DNA of 63,981 nt, counting the filler, from Candidatus Woesearchaeota archaeon (GTDB taxonomy: Archaea > Nanobdellota > Nanobdellia > Woesearchaeales > WJIZ01): the NCBI GenBank assembly GCA_018221205.1. It is 7 parts of 7 records of this genome, joined end to end, with 100 filler letters (N's around TTAATTAATTAA, not from the genome) between each part and the next. Parts side by side here need not be neighbours in the genome. Positions count along the whole stretch, not along the records: positions 30,738 to 45,377 come from JAAOYF010000053.1; positions 45,478 to 55,512 come from JAAOYF010000055.1; 5 more parts are not named here. One strand, 5' to 3'. The notes under the pieces are model-generated. The model saw only the letters and a program-made list of their open reading frames with translations, was not told where the DNA came from and did not search any database. Each line of letters starts with the position of its first letter. The first letter of the stretch is position 1. A program made the position numbers and the translations under genes. Below are positions 39,222 through 50,592 of the stretch, one piece after another.

Positions 39222-41158
39222 TCTAGGCTTGGTTTCAATTGTGAAACATACTCTCCTTCAAATATATAGCCGATCATCTTCAGCTTCTCTTCTTTCTTAA
39301 GCGGTACAGGGACATATTTCAACACAGGGAACACAACACTCTCAGCGATGACAACATCGCCTCCAGAAGCGCTCCATTTCCCGTTATATCCGCCGACAAT
39401 CTCATCCCCTTGGGTCAAGATGATGTTGAGGTCATATTCAGCATCTCCATCGATAAGATTGATCATATTATCCTCTGATGGATAGGTCTTATACTGATAA
39501 TAATCTCCCTGTGCTATCTCGATCGTCACCTGCATGTCATCTTCAAGCTCTTCTGCTGGTCCGATGCTATCTCCATCGCTGTTGTAACGGCGATAGACTG
39601 ATCTAAAGTCCACGTTCTTGAGTTTAGTGATATCCAACTCAAGCATGTTCTCAGTCAGCTGTGCTTTTGCAGGCAGATATCCTGCTTTTTCAGCAGTGAT
39701 GAATGGATTGGCACAGCCTTCCGGTAGGGTTGTCCGCAATCGGTATGCGCCATTGTCAGGGATTGTTCTTCCCAAATCACAATTATATTTAAAACATTGT
39801 AAACTTACGTTGACATCGTTTAATTCGATATTATATAATCCGTCTTCCTTGCCGTATACCCTGATATCATAGATCTCCTCTCCTGTCTGATCGCAGAATC
39901 CTCTGTCAAAGGTGTTGGAAGTGAAAAGCTCCAGTCCATAGTTCTCTTTGAAGGGCTCATTGTTCTTTATCGTGACCGGAAGAACAAAAGTGAACGTATA
40001 GCCGTTTCCCCCATAGGCAAACCCATCTCTCAGGGTTACTTTGACAGGATAGTTGACGTCATAGAGGAAATGATAGACGTTGATGCAGAGGAATCGCATG
40101 TATTCCTTCTGGCCTTCAATCAGATTGGATTTTAATATGCCGTTATCATGGGGCCGGGCGATAAGCTCAATGCCTATCTTGGGGACGGTCTGCAGGCCTA
40201 TTGACAAGGTCGGCTCTTCTACATTGATGTCCCAGTACATCCTTAAGTATTCAAACGCATCGATCGGAGCATTCTCTGGGAAATTCCTGTCGGCAATATC
40301 ATCCATAGTATATTCGAGAAGTTTCTCATAATCCTTCAAAGGCCTCTGGAACGGAACATGATCAGTGCCTTTTATCCTGACTCGGGGCAGATTGACCGTG
40401 AGCATCTCCTCCACTTCCTCTTTCACATCACTCACTCTCCAGCTCAGTTCTCCACATCTAAAAAGCATATCAGTGAACGGGACATCCTGGTTGGTGGCCA
40501 TAAGATTGATGGTGAAGTTCTCGAGCCAGAAGGTGTTGAGCTCAACATCCAGGAGCTTGTTTCCTGTTTCTATTATCTTCCTCAGCCTGACATCTCGCTT
40601 CGCCCTGAAGTCTTCCAGGAGAGCATGTGAATTGTTCGCCTTATAGCTCACCCTGATAGGATAATCTAAGACAACAGTGACATCATCTCTGTTCAGGAAA
40701 GCATCTACAGTCATATCGTCAAGCTCCACAATCGTATATTCCTCCTTAAAGACAAGGAATCCATTGATGCACTCATGAGTATGTTCTTCGACATATTCTT
40801 TTATTTCCTGTTGGACCGAATCTATGCTGGGACTGTATCGTTTGCCTTTATAGAACCAGAAAGGCATTTTGATTATCCCTAGTCCGTCCGGATTCACGTA
40901 TCTGCTCGGATTCAGGTCAATGGCAGTCGGAATGTCGATGAAACCTCCTTGCTGGCTTATGATGCTCAGGGCGTCATCCAAAGACTGCTCAGCGCAGCTT
41001 TCGACAAATCTTTGGACAGGATGCAGTTTCTCAGTCAATACATCCGGCTCTGTTATCATGAAAGTAGACTTGAAATAGAGAAAGAGCACTACTGAAAACA
41101 GGACGATCAATCCTAATATGATAAATACGCTCACCTGTGCTTTCTTGATTGCAATCAA
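39218..41158 (-). CDS. Large pilin-like protein, class III signal peptide
   Basis: KKAQVSVFIILG. Likely start is near TTG 41158; the longer ORF extension overlaps the neighbouring gene. Confidence 0.75.
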   Translation of the reverse strand: MIAIKKAQVSVFIILGLIVLFSVVLFLYFKSTFMITEPDVLTEKLHPVQRFVESCAEQSLDDALSIISQQGGFIDIPTAIDLNPSRYVNPDGLGIIKMPFWFYKGKRYSPSIDSVQQEIKEYVEEHTHECINGFLVFKEEYTIVELDDMTVDAFLNRDDVTVVLDYPIRVSYKANNSHALLEDFRAKRDVRLRKIIETGNKLLDVELNTFWLENFTINLMATNQDVPFTDMLFRCGELSWRVSDVKEEVEEMLTVNLPRVRIKGTDHVPFQRPLKDYEKLLEYTMDDIADRNFPENAPIDAFEYLRMYWDINVEEPTLSIGLQTVPKIGIELIARPHDNGILKSNLIEGQKEYMRFLCINVYHFLYDVNYPVKVTLRDGFAYGGNGYTFTFVLPVTIKNNEPFKENYGLELFTSNTFDRGFCDQTGEEIYDIRVYGKEDGLYNIELNDVNVSLQCFKYNCDLGRTIPDNGAYRLRTTLPEGCANPFITAEKAGYLPAKAQLTENMLELDITKLKNVDFRSVYRRYNSDGDSIGPAEELEDDMQVTIEIAQGDYYQYKTYPSEDNMINLIDGDAEYDLNIILTQGDEIVGGYNGKWSASGGDVVIAESVVFPVLKYVPVPLKKEEKLKMIGYIFEGEYVSQLKPSLE

Positions 41159-41871
41159 CCTCTTTTTTGGATTTCGACGAATAAAAATCTCACATATGCA
41201 AAGTATAGGAGATAGATGATTATGCTGATGATGCCTCCGATAACTAGATGGATATTGATGAAGAGTGTAAGGGCAGAACTCAAGAATACGTAGGCAAGGA
41301 ACACAATGACAAAAGCAAGGAAAAAGTCCCATCTCGTAAATGCTGCTTTCAATGAAGGCAGAAAATTGATCTTTCCAGTAATCGCATAATGCATGAACAC
41401 CATCATAGAGAGATACACCACAAGCAGGACATAGATGCCCAAGGCCCATATAATAAACTGTTGTTTAAGTGTTGAAATGATGACAAAGCCCATTCCGACA
41501 AGAGCGTACCACAATAATCCTAGGTACATCGCATTATGGCCGTATTTCATGCTCCCTTTCCTATGGAAACTCAGTCTCCATACCAATGCCCTCAAGATGC
41601 TCCAGACAATGATGCCGACGATGATGAAGACCACGATGAGGACGATGAAGTAGGTGAACGAGTGCTGTAAAGCAGGCAATAATTGATCGATCTCGGATTC
41701 TGTCAGCTGAAAGATAGTATCGGGAATCTGGATGCTCTGGATCTTAGAGTAGAAAAGCTTCCAGAACCCTGCATAGAGCAGGAAGATGAGCACGAATGCC
41801 ATCAGATCAACGAAGAAGATCTTCCAATAATCCTTCTCAAATCTCTTGAATGCTTTCTGTACGATATTCAT
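41155..41871 (-). CDS. Multi-pass membrane protein
   Basis: About six TM helices; layout similar to 33317-34120. Confidence 0.75.
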   Translation of the reverse strand: MNIVQKAFKRFEKDYWKIFFVDLMAFVLIFLLYAGFWKLFYSKIQSIQIPDTIFQLTESEIDQLLPALQHSFTYFIVLIVVFIIVGIIVWSILRALVWRLSFHRKGSMKYGHNAMYLGLLWYALVGMGFVIISTLKQQFIIWALGIYVLLVVYLSMMVFMHYAITGKINFLPSLKAAFTRWDFFLAFVIVFLAYVFLSSALTLFINIHLVIGGIISIIIYLLYFAYVRFLFVEIQKRG

Positions 41872-44800
41872 CAGAAATCCACCTCATCCTGGTCATCTGC
41901 GACCGAGGCAGGATCAGCACTGCTTGCCCTGCCAGGTATTCTCCTCACATCATCTGCCCTCGGCGTAGCAGGCACGATATCATTGCACAGTTCCGTAACA
42001 GTATCGCCATTATGATTAGCCACTCCGCTAGGGAACACTAAGCAGATCTCATGATAGAATGTTGTGCTGTCCTGCACTACTGGATCAGTTCCTGATTTCG
42101 AGAACGTCTCCCCTTCATTGATGATATAGTTCTCATCATACATCTGGACAGTCTCATCTCCACGTAAAATGACATTGAATTCTATGGTGCGGCCGCTGTC
42201 TGTAGGATTCCTCACACCGTAGCTGAATTTATAGATATAATCAGCCTGCTGTTGGGAATCATTAAAGTATATCGCTTCCTGCACCTCTCCTTCGATATGC
42301 GCAATAGGCACCGTAACCCCTCCAGGATGATCGATGAGCAAAGTGCTGCTGCCCACCTTATCAGTCCATCCTGAGCAAATCTCACTCACCCAGCAGTCAG
42401 TCCCGCCGAATAAGACCGTTGAACAGAAGAAATCATCCACACCCTGCCGCCATTCAGCCAGATCCTCATCACTCATGAACAGGCTCAATAGTTTCCCTAT
42501 CCCTGTCTGCGCACTTTCTAAGATATTGAAGGTAGTGATAGCAGTCTGCTCCCTATTATTGGGTCCGCCTGATGCAACTCTATGTTTTTCTAGAATTTTC
42601 CCTAGGTTTTTCTCTTGTTCCTCACAATCTTCGCATTCCTTATATGATCCATCGCTCTGTTTGTCATAAAATTTCCCATCTTCAACGTTGAAACAAGGAT
42701 TCATGCAATACATGACGATATTGTCTTTTGTCTCTCTGACATACGTGCCAGCAATATTCTCTCCTACAATTTCAAAAGCAGGATTGCCAGATTCAGTTGT
42801 ACTTTTCATGGAGAAAACAATGATATCATCCTCCAAAAGTTCTATTTGATCAATATGCAGATTGCCTTTATCATCTTTATTATACGTAGTTATTGCATCA
42901 AAATGCTCAAACTCGCCATCCGCTGCACGGGTTCCCTCAGTGACAACTATTTGATTTCCATCGAGACTTATTTCAGCCCCGTCTGTAATCAATGTGTCAT
43001 CAACACGTGTGAGATCTCTTCTATCCATCCGATTCAATTCCGCAACAGTAAGCATCTGAGGCAGATTCCTTCCAAAATCAGCGCTGAAATCCCCATTGCC
43101 GATTATCCGTTGAGATTGTTCAGAATCCAATATGGTCTTTTCCTTGCTTCCTTCTTTGCTGATGGTCGTTGTGCCTGTCTCATCCTGCTCAATAATGATG
43201 TCGCCGATGAATCGAAGCATCCCTGGCTTGCCGTCTGTAAACTTGAACCATTCAGCACCTGCTTCAGAATTCTCATGCGGTTCGATCTCTCTCCCATTAT
43301 ACGTTAATATTGGACCGTCTTTAGTAGACTTGAATTTCACCTTCGTATTCCCGTGCAAGTCAATAGGATTTGTTCCATGCATCAATGTCCTCTTCACAAC
43401 TTTATTATTCTTATATTCTGTGATTAAAGTATATTCTCCACTCTCTTCTTCCTTTACCTTGCTGACAGGAGACAGTTTTCCATTTACTTCAGTGAATGTC
43501 TCTGTCTCTGTGGTTTTGATACCCTCTGATGTGCTCGTTTTGGTATAGGATATACTCCTGCCATCTGGTGAGATAGAAGGATTCTTTTCCTGATTAGTCA
43601 GGTATTCTCGACGAATAAGGTCTGATGCAGCGACGAAAGCCGGATAATCATTTTCATCCACCGGCACAATTTTTCCGTTATAGATGACAGTGCCAGTGAC
43701 TTCATCCCTTTTCACATTACTTTGATCAACTGGCTGTCCTACTGCTCCTTTTGGGGTGATTTGAACTTGTTTCATATATCTCTCAATGAGAACTGCTCTC
43801 TGTTGTGAACTAAATCCTTGTGCTATAAGGCTCCGTTCATATTCTTTCTTAATGTCCTCCCGCAATGATTTTTCATCGGTTTCTACGATAGAATAAGACG
43901 CCCCTCCTGGCAAGGTAACAGAGAAATCTTCCTTTTTTGTGGGAACTGCAATTTGGAGCTTTTGTTTCTCCGATTCATATTCCTTTTTAACTTCTTTTAG
44001 CTTATCTTCAGCTATTTTTGCTTGTTCAAACTTACCTTCATTATAGAGTCTGATTGCATCATTCTCAAGTTTAATAATCTGGCTTTCATACGCCCTCAAT
44101 TTTGCTTGCTCGAGTGAGCCATCTGCTGTTGTTTGGATAGGTTGCGTTGGTTCCTCTTTTTTTATTTCAGTATACTTCTCTTGTGCTTCGGCTAATTCTT
44201 TCTCTTTTTGTTCTGCCTCTTCGATCTTGTTTTCTGCATATAATTCCAGTGCTTCTGCTTTGAGATCGGCAATTTGCTTTTCATAAGCATTCTGTCTTGC
44301 AGTATCAAGAGCTGATGATTGTTGACCGCCTGTTCCTTGTTTCACAAGAGAAACTGTTTGCTTATCATCCGATAATTTATATTCAGATCCCTCACTATCC
44401 TTCCAAACTTCATCATCGACATGATAGCGCAGTGATCGTCTGCCAGAAGCTTTGGTGGGATCATCAATATATGCAGTGAAAGCATCTTCTTCAAGTTCAC
44501 CATCATCTGCATACGTTTTTTGGATGGTATATGTCCTCCTTCCTAGGTCATCGTAAGTTGGTGGTGAAACTAATGTTTTCTGGTCTTTTAGGGTATTACC
44601 GACAGAATCAATAAAAATGGCAAAATCTTCACTTGAATCAAGTTCATTATTATCTCCATGAAAATCAAATCCTTTCCAATCGTCGTCATCATTGTTACGA
44701 TATAATACTTCATCATCATCACTTAAATCATCAGCTTCTCGATAAATTTTAGCTAATCCATCAGAGTAACTCCATGTCTGTTCCTTCCACGGTTCTTCTT

Positions 44801-45311
44801 CATCTGTTTTATCGAATTTATGCCATTTTCCATCCTCATACTTAAAATATTCAATTCCCGTGCCTGTGAGCGGATTTCCTTCATATTTGACTTCAATAGT
44901 TCCAGAAGGCTTGCTAAAATCATAGGACTCGCCTGTTTTTTGTTTATTGAGTTCAGTTTTCACCCAGTTAACAAACGTTGCATAATCCTCTACATCATCA
45001 ATCTCACCAATATCTCCCCTCATATGGGGAATTTTTTCAAATTTAGCATTGCTCTCCGAGGAAGCGCGATACTCAATAACATCATCCCAATTAAAAATAC
45101 CCAGATCATCTGAATGTGCATAAACCTGAGCAAGTCCTTCATCAAAAGTCCAGCTTTGTTTTTCGTATGACCGTCCATCACCAGTATACCATGATTTACC
45201 ATCATATCTTAGGTAATCTTCACTTTCTCTAAACTCAAGATACTCTGCTTGTACTGCTCCAGCTAACAAAAGCAAAAGAACAGTATAGCAAATGATTCTC
45301 TTCATTCCCAA
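41871..45311 (-). CDS. Large secreted protein with internal repeats
   Basis: Signal peptide, duplicated Y.DGKW..QxW..GLA module, duplicated AYE.QI..L..A..LY.E.K.E.A module and Cys-containing C-terminus. Confidence 0.78.
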   Translation of the reverse strand: MGMKRIICYTVLLLLLAGAVQAEYLEFRESEDYLRYDGKSWYTGDGRSYEKQSWTFDEGLAQVYAHSDDLGIFNWDDVIEYRASSESNAKFEKIPHMRGDIGEIDDVEDYATFVNWVKTELNKQKTGESYDFSKPSGTIEVKYEGNPLTGTGIEYFKYEDGKWHKFDKTDEEEPWKEQTWSYSDGLAKIYREADDLSDDDEVLYRNNDDDDWKGFDFHGDNNELDSSEDFAIFIDSVGNTLKDQKTLVSPPTYDDLGRRTYTIQKTYADDGELEEDAFTAYIDDPTKASGRRSLRYHVDDEVWKDSEGSEYKLSDDKQTVSLVKQGTGGQQSSALDTARQNAYEKQIADLKAEALELYAENKIEEAEQKEKELAEAQEKYTEIKKEEPTQPIQTTADGSLEQAKLRAYESQIIKLENDAIRLYNEGKFEQAKIAEDKLKEVKKEYESEKQKLQIAVPTKKEDFSVTLPGGASYSIVETDEKSLREDIKKEYERSLIAQGFSSQQRAVLIERYMKQVQITPKGAVGQPVDQSNVKRDEVTGTVIYNGKIVPVDENDYPAFVAASDLIRREYLTNQEKNPSISPDGRSISYTKTSTSEGIKTTETETFTEVNGKLSPVSKVKEEESGEYTLITEYKNNKVVKRTLMHGTNPIDLHGNTKVKFKSTKDGPILTYNGREIEPHENSEAGAEWFKFTDGKPGMLRFIGDIIIEQDETGTTTISKEGSKEKTILDSEQSQRIIGNGDFSADFGRNLPQMLTVAELNRMDRRDLTRVDDTLITDGAEISLDGNQIVVTEGTRAADGEFEHFDAITTYNKDDKGNLHIDQIELLEDDIIVFSMKSTTESGNPAFEIVGENIAGTYVRETKDNIVMYCMNPCFNVEDGKFYDKQSDGSYKECEDCEEQEKNLGKILEKHRVASGGPNNREQTAITTFNILESAQTGIGKLLSLFMSDEDLAEWRQGVDDFFCSTVLFGGTDCWVSEICSGWTDKVGSSTLLIDHPGGVTVPIAHIEGEVQEAIYFNDSQQQADYIYKFSYGVRNPTDSGRTIEFNVILRGDETVQMYDENYIINEGETFSKSGTDPVVQDSTTFYHEICLVFPSGVANHNGDTVTELCNDIVPATPRADDVRRIPGRASSADPASVADDQDEVDF

Positions 45312-45477
45312 TTCCTCGCCAATTCAGTTATGTCGATTATTTCTTTGCCTTCGAAAAAGATACGTGCGTCATAACTTNNNNNNNNNNNNNNNNNNNNNNN
45401 NNNNNNNNNNNNNNNNNNNNNTTAATTAATTAANNNNNNNNNNNNNNNNNNNNNNNNNNNNNNNNNNNNNNNNNNNN

Positions 45478-48017
45478 CTCTATTCAAGAAAAAAGAGAAA
45501 CTACCTGAGCCAAAATCTTTACCGCCTTTACCTAAAAAAGAAGTCAAGATAGAGCCGTTGGCTAAACTATCGCCGCCTAAAAAAGAAATCAAGCCTACGT
45601 TCACTTTATTCAAGAAAAAGGTTCCTAAACCTCTGAAGGCAAAGGAACTGAAAGCAAAGAAACTTTTCTTCTTCGGAAAGCCGGAAATCCCGAAGCCAGA
45701 CAAGAAAGCAGAGAAGGAACTATTATCGAAAGAGATAGGTACACTTGAGAAGACGCTAAAACCAAGGCCTAAGAAATTCCTTTTCGGCAAGCCGAAAGAG
45801 GATGAACTGTCGAAGCTCCTGAGAGAGATAGAGGAGAAAGAACCGATGCTTGACATTCCTGGGGCCAAGGATCTCGAGAAAGAATTAGAGAAACCTGTTG
45901 CCAAACCTCTTTTGTCCAAGAAACTGCCGGAACCCTCTGAAAAGGCCATCAAGCCAAAGTTTTCGCTGTTCAGGAAGAAAGAAAAACTGCCAGAGCTGAA
46001 ACTTTTACTCCCTCTACCTAAGAAAGAGATAGATATAGAGCCGTTGAGGACAAAGATATCACCCCCTAAAAAGGAAATCAAGAGATTCACACTCTTCAAG
46101 AAAAAAGAGAAAATGCCTGAGCCTCCGAAGAAACCTGCTCAGAAGATACAGCCAGAATTGCTACCTATGCCTAAAACTCCACCATCTAAGAAGGAGAAAC
46201 TGTCTCTGCCGAAAATCGAGAAGCCGAAGGAAAAATTCTCCCTCTTCAAAAAGAAAGAGCCTTTGCCTCCCCTGTCCAAAATCAAACCAAAGGAGATCAA
46301 GCCTGAGAAAGAATCACCTCCGTTACCAAAATCACAGAAGCACGGATTCACTTTATTCGGCAAGCCAAAAGTCTCGAAGATGGAGAAGCCAGGGGACGAG
46401 CTGAAACGATTGCTGGAAGATATCCAGAAAGAGCCAAAACTGTTTAAGAAGGAATTGCCAGTGCCGAAACCTAAACGAGAGATAGCTGAGCCGAAAAAGT
46501 TCACTCTCTTCGGCAAGCCCAAGATTCATCCTCCAAAAAGCCCATCTGTCAAGAAAGAACTACCCATACCCAAACCGAAAGAGATTGCACCGCAGAAGAA
46601 ATTCTTTTTCGGCAAGCCGAAGGTTCCTACCCCTAAAATACCCTTACCTAAAAGTGGATTGATACTATCTAAGAAAAGATCTTCTGTGCTGCCTCCTCCT
46701 CCACCAGGGATACTCTCGAAAACAGAGCTCAGCAAATTTGAGGAGTCTGAAGTGAAACTTGAAAGGAAGATGGCCCATAAGATACGGAAGGAAGAACATA
46801 AGGAGGGGAAGCAGAGACTCAAAGTCCTCAAGAATAAGATCAATGAGCGCGAGAACCTTCTGCTCCAAAAGCAGAGTGAAGAGAAGCGACAGCAGAAGGA
46901 ATTGAAAAAACAGGAGAAGTTTGATCTTGGGAGAGAACTCGAAAGCATGGAGACTGAACAGCAGCATAAGCGGCATAGGCTTGCTGATACTGTCCGGAAA
47001 GCTGAGGAGAGGACATGGCTTTCACACCATCGTAAAAAAGAGCTGGAGAAACTAGATAGATTGCAGCAGATGGAAGCAGGGGATCATGCAGTGCATATGG
47101 AAGGGCAGCAGCTGAAAGACCAGCGAAAGCAAGAGAAGGAATTCAGGAAGAAAGAGCTTGCTAAACAAAAGGAATCACATGCTAGAGAAAAAGTTCTTAC
47201 TAGACATAGGAAAGTGCAGGAAGATATGTTACGTGTACAGCAGGAGAAGTCGAGCAGAGAGAAGCTTTTAGGGATGAGCAGGGAGAATTTTACAGAACTT
47301 CAGGATCAGCGTCGGCAGGAGCAGCTTGCGAAAGAAGGAAGACTATCAGAGCTGCCAGAACCGCCGATGCCAGAGCCACCAAAGATAGAAAAACCATTTG
47401 TTGAAGAACCTACTCTGGACATGGGCAGAGAGGTCGACCATGCTTTGAGGATGGCCCAAGCCCAGGAGAAAAAAAGGCACGATCATGAGATGGCATGGGA
47501 AAAGAGAAGAGGGACGAAAGAGCAGCAGAAGATCGAGGAAGAGATCTTCCGCATCACTGATTTCATAAAGAAGGAGCCTTTATCTGATGTGGAGAAACAG
47601 AAGATACAAGGCATCAAATCAAAAATCCAGGATGAGCAGGTAGCATTGCATGATCAGATCAGTACAGAACAACAACGAATACAAGAAGAGATACTGCATC
47701 GGCATGCAGAAGTCCAACGAGCCATCCAGCGTATCAAAGAAGACCATCTCACCTATAAACCTCGAGATTTAGTGTTAAAACAGGAACATCTTGCCGGTCA
47801 AGGGGCAGTCTATGGAGAAGCTGAGCACATAATGGAAAGGATAGCGGATGCCAGGGAAGAGATGATGAGACTGCATCTTGAGAGTGCGAAACAGATCTAT
47901 GTCGAACTCATGAGAGAATATCTTAAATTGCAGCTTACTGATAAGAGGAAAGTATATCCGGAACTTGCTGAACTGTATAGTGAAAGGAAGAAAACAGAAG
48001 CGATGTTCACCCAGTGA
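45478..48017 (+). CDS. K/P/E-rich low-complexity protein with C-terminal coiled coil, 5' truncated
   Basis: Open from the contig start; recurring FTLFKKK and FFGKP motifs. Confidence 0.7.
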
Positions 48018-48546
48018 TCTTTTTCATTATTTCTTCAACCTTTTTTTTCAACTTATCAATCGATCCATTGTTCTTGATAAGAAAGTCAGCGTGCTTCATG
48101 GCATTGTTGATATCCTGTCCAGGGGTCTTGCCTTGGTTCTCATGATCATCGATCTCCTTGAATTTTTCAAAGCTTTCTGGATCTCCAGGACGTTTTCGGG
48201 CCTTTAATCGTTCATATCTTGTCTTCTGTGAGGCATCTATGGCAATGATATATGCATCGGGAAATTGCTTTAGCTCGTTTATTTCGTCTACTGTCCGGAT
48301 GCCGTCCGCGGCAATGTTCACTTTTGTCGCGTTCTCAACAATCATCTTTGAGAGGATGCCGTTATTATCGCTCTCCTCTTTCACCTTGTTGCCGAGCATC
48401 TGCAGATTCTCTCTTGTGGCCTCGATATTGCGTTTCTTCGCCTCAATCCTTAGGATATCTGAATAGGTGAAATGCTCGAAGCCCTCTAGAAATCTGGCAG
48501 CTGTTGTCTTTCCTGCTGCTATGGTGCCTGTAAAGCCGATTATCAT
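48007..48546 (-). CDS. P-loop kinase, dephospho-CoA/nucleotide kinase-like
   Basis: GTIAAGKT, DGIR..E, RYER...R and ADFLIKN motifs. Confidence 0.8.
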   Translation of the reverse strand: MIIGFTGTIAAGKTTAARFLEGFEHFTYSDILRIEAKKRNIEATRENLQMLGNKVKEESDNNGILSKMIVENATKVNIAADGIRTVDEINELKQFPDAYIIAIDASQKTRYERLKARKRPGDPESFEKFKEIDDHENQGKTPGQDINNAMKHADFLIKNNGSIDKLKKKVEEIMKKITG

Positions 48547-48623
48547 CAGAAAAGTAAGGAAGTATGCTTTTATAATATTTGCGTATCCAAATATTTAAAA
48601 ATAGAATGCTATTTGATTTCATT

Positions 48624-49073
48624 ATGGACATCATCATAGGTTGTGACCACGGCGCCTTCAAGGTGAAAGAGGAATTGAAGAGGCATCTTTCTGATAATGG
48701 TCATGCTGTCGAAGATGTGGGAACGGGAAGTGACCTTTCTGTCGATTACCCCGAATATGCTGCTAAATTAGCGAAGAGAGTGCAGGAGACAGGCAATACA
48801 GGAATATTGCTTTGCGGAACTGGGATCGGCATGAGCATGGCAGCAAACAAGTTCAAAGGCATTAGGGCTGCTTTATGCCATGATGTGCATACAGCGAAGA
48901 TGGCTCGTGAACATAACAATGCGAATGTGCTTTGCCTTGGTGGAAGGACCACTTCGTTAGAAGATGTGAAAAAGATCGTTGATGTTTTTTTGACTACCGA
49001 GACAAGCCAAGAAGAACGGCATCATCGAAGGGTGGATGAGATCTCTTCAATAGAAAAAGATAACTTTAAATAA
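48624..49073 (+). CDS. rpiB: Ribose 5-phosphate isomerase B
   Basis: GCDHG, CGTGIG, ANK, AREHNNAN and RH.RRV motifs. Confidence 0.95.
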   Translation: MDIIIGCDHGAFKVKEELKRHLSDNGHAVEDVGTGSDLSVDYPEYAAKLAKRVQETGNTGILLCGTGIGMSMAANKFKGIRAALCHDVHTAKMAREHNNANVLCLGGRTTSLEDVKKIVDVFLTTETSQEERHHRRVDEISSIEKDNFK

Positions 49074-49094
49074 CTCATTCTTTGAGAAAAAAGC

Positions 49095-49538
49095 ATGCAG
49101 GAATTCATTATCTCGGCAATCGCCTACCTTGGCCTGATCGTGGGCTCTTTCCTCATGGTACTTGCGCCGGAAGAGAAGAAACCAGGCATGAAGTATTTTC
49201 ATTCAATCCATTACATCCTCTTTTTCTTCTCGATCATCTTAGCCATGATCGTAAGTGAGAGATCCCCTCTTATGATCATCGTCTCGATCATCGTAGGAGT
49301 TGCCTATTACTACATGCGGAGACATTTCGCCTATCTTGGCTATCTCCATTATTCTTTCCTCATCGTGTTTTTCTCCTCGACTGCATACAACACCCTTTTT
49401 CCTATCATCATGTTTGCGTATGGGCTTGTAGTGGGAGCTTATCTCATCAACCTCAAAGAGAAGTCAAAAAGCTTCTTCAAGCTTCTTCCTTATGCACTGT
49501 CTATACTGACCACGTACTTGTTCAGCCTAGTTCTTTGA
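49095..49538 (+). CDS. Hypothetical membrane protein
   Basis: Highly hydrophobic, with an APEE motif. Confidence 0.7.
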   Translation: MQEFIISAIAYLGLIVGSFLMVLAPEEKKPGMKYFHSIHYILFFFSIILAMIVSERSPLMIIVSIIVGVAYYYMRRHFAYLGYLHYSFLIVFFSSTAYNTLFPIIMFAYGLVVGAYLINLKEKSKSFFKLLPYALSILTTYLFSLVL

Positions 49539-50592
49539 ACGTTCTTCTAGATGCCCAGAGATATTCTATTCCAGAATAGATCGTTATGACGACAGCAACC
49601 AGCATGAAATGCCATGCATATGGGAAATGGATGATAACTGCCACTATAGCGATGATCTGGACGACGGTCTTGATCTTTCCGGAGAGCTTAGCAGCGATCA
49701 CCTCTTGTCTGGTCGCGGCGACCATCCTGATTCCAGTGATGGCAAACTCCCTGGCAATTATCGTATATGCCATCCAGGCGTCGATGCCTTTGCCGATGAG
49801 AAACACCAAAGCAGAAGAGACCAGAAGCTTGTCAGCGAGAGGATCGATCAGTTTACCGAAATTTGTTACCTCTTTCCTCTTTCTTGCCAAATAGCCGTCT
49901 AGGGCGTCTGAAAGCGCCAAAAGTATGAAAGAGCCTGCTGCGACATATTCTCTCCACGTGATATCGCTCAGGAGGAAAAGGATGAAAAGGGGAATGAGCA
50001 GAATCCTCAATATAGTTATCTGATTTGGAATGTTGATCTTCAGAGGGCCTCTTGCCTTGTGGAAGAGCAACCTATAGCCTTGTGCGAAATAGATCAAGGC
50101 AGAGATTGCGGTGAAGAATGCAGTGAGGAGAATCAAGATAGTCTTTAATGCAGGATTGACGTTGAGCACGAACACCACCAGAGTCGTCATCTGGATGAAT
50201 GTAGTTGTCTTCCCTAACAGATTCGGAGTCAGCTCTTCTTTTCTGTATCGATACAAGAACACAGAACCGCCTATTAAGAGGATAAGGTCGCGAGAGATGA
50301 TGATCAACGCAACCCAAAGGGGAAAATTGAATTTCACCAACAAGGCAATGACTGCAAACACGATGAGTACCTTATCTGCTGCAGGATCGAGTATCTTCCC
50401 TAATTTCGTCTGGATCTTCCATCTTCTCGCTATCTGGCCGTCGATCAGATCAGTGAGCGCTGCTATGAAGATGACAATAAATGCATCCCGATAGCGTTGC
50501 ATGAAGACGAGAATCATGAAGATCGGCGCGAGAACCATCCTTACTATCGAGAGGATATTCGGCAGATTCTTGAGCTCTTTTAGGTCTACCAT
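49522..50592 (-). CDS. pgsA: Tandem two-domain CDP-alcohol phosphatidyltransferase (PgsA-like)
   Basis: Two complete motifs: DLIDGQIARR..GKILDPAADK and DALDGYLARK..GKLIDPLADK. Confidence 0.85.
   Translation of the reverse strand: MVDLKELKNLPNILSIVRMVLAPIFMILVFMQRYRDAFIVIFIAALTDLIDGQIARRWKIQTKLGKILDPAADKVLIVFAVIALLVKFNFPLWVALIIISRDLILLIGGSVFLYRYRKEELTPNLLGKTTTFIQMTTLVVFVLNVNPALKTILILLTAFFTAISALIYFAQGYRLLFHKARGPLKINIPNQITILRILLIPLFILFLLSDITWREYVAAGSFILLALSDALDGYLARKRKEVTNFGKLIDPLADKLLVSSALVFLIGKGIDAWMAYTIIAREFAITGIRMVAATRQEVIAAKLSGKIKTVVQIIAIVAVIIHFPYAWHFMLVAVVITIYSGIEYLWASRRTFKELG

Noticed and set aside
41159..41449. N-terminal extension of the 743-aa ORF and the many antisense shadow ORFs
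   Set aside because: They overlap better-supported genes; the class III signal marks the true start near 41158.
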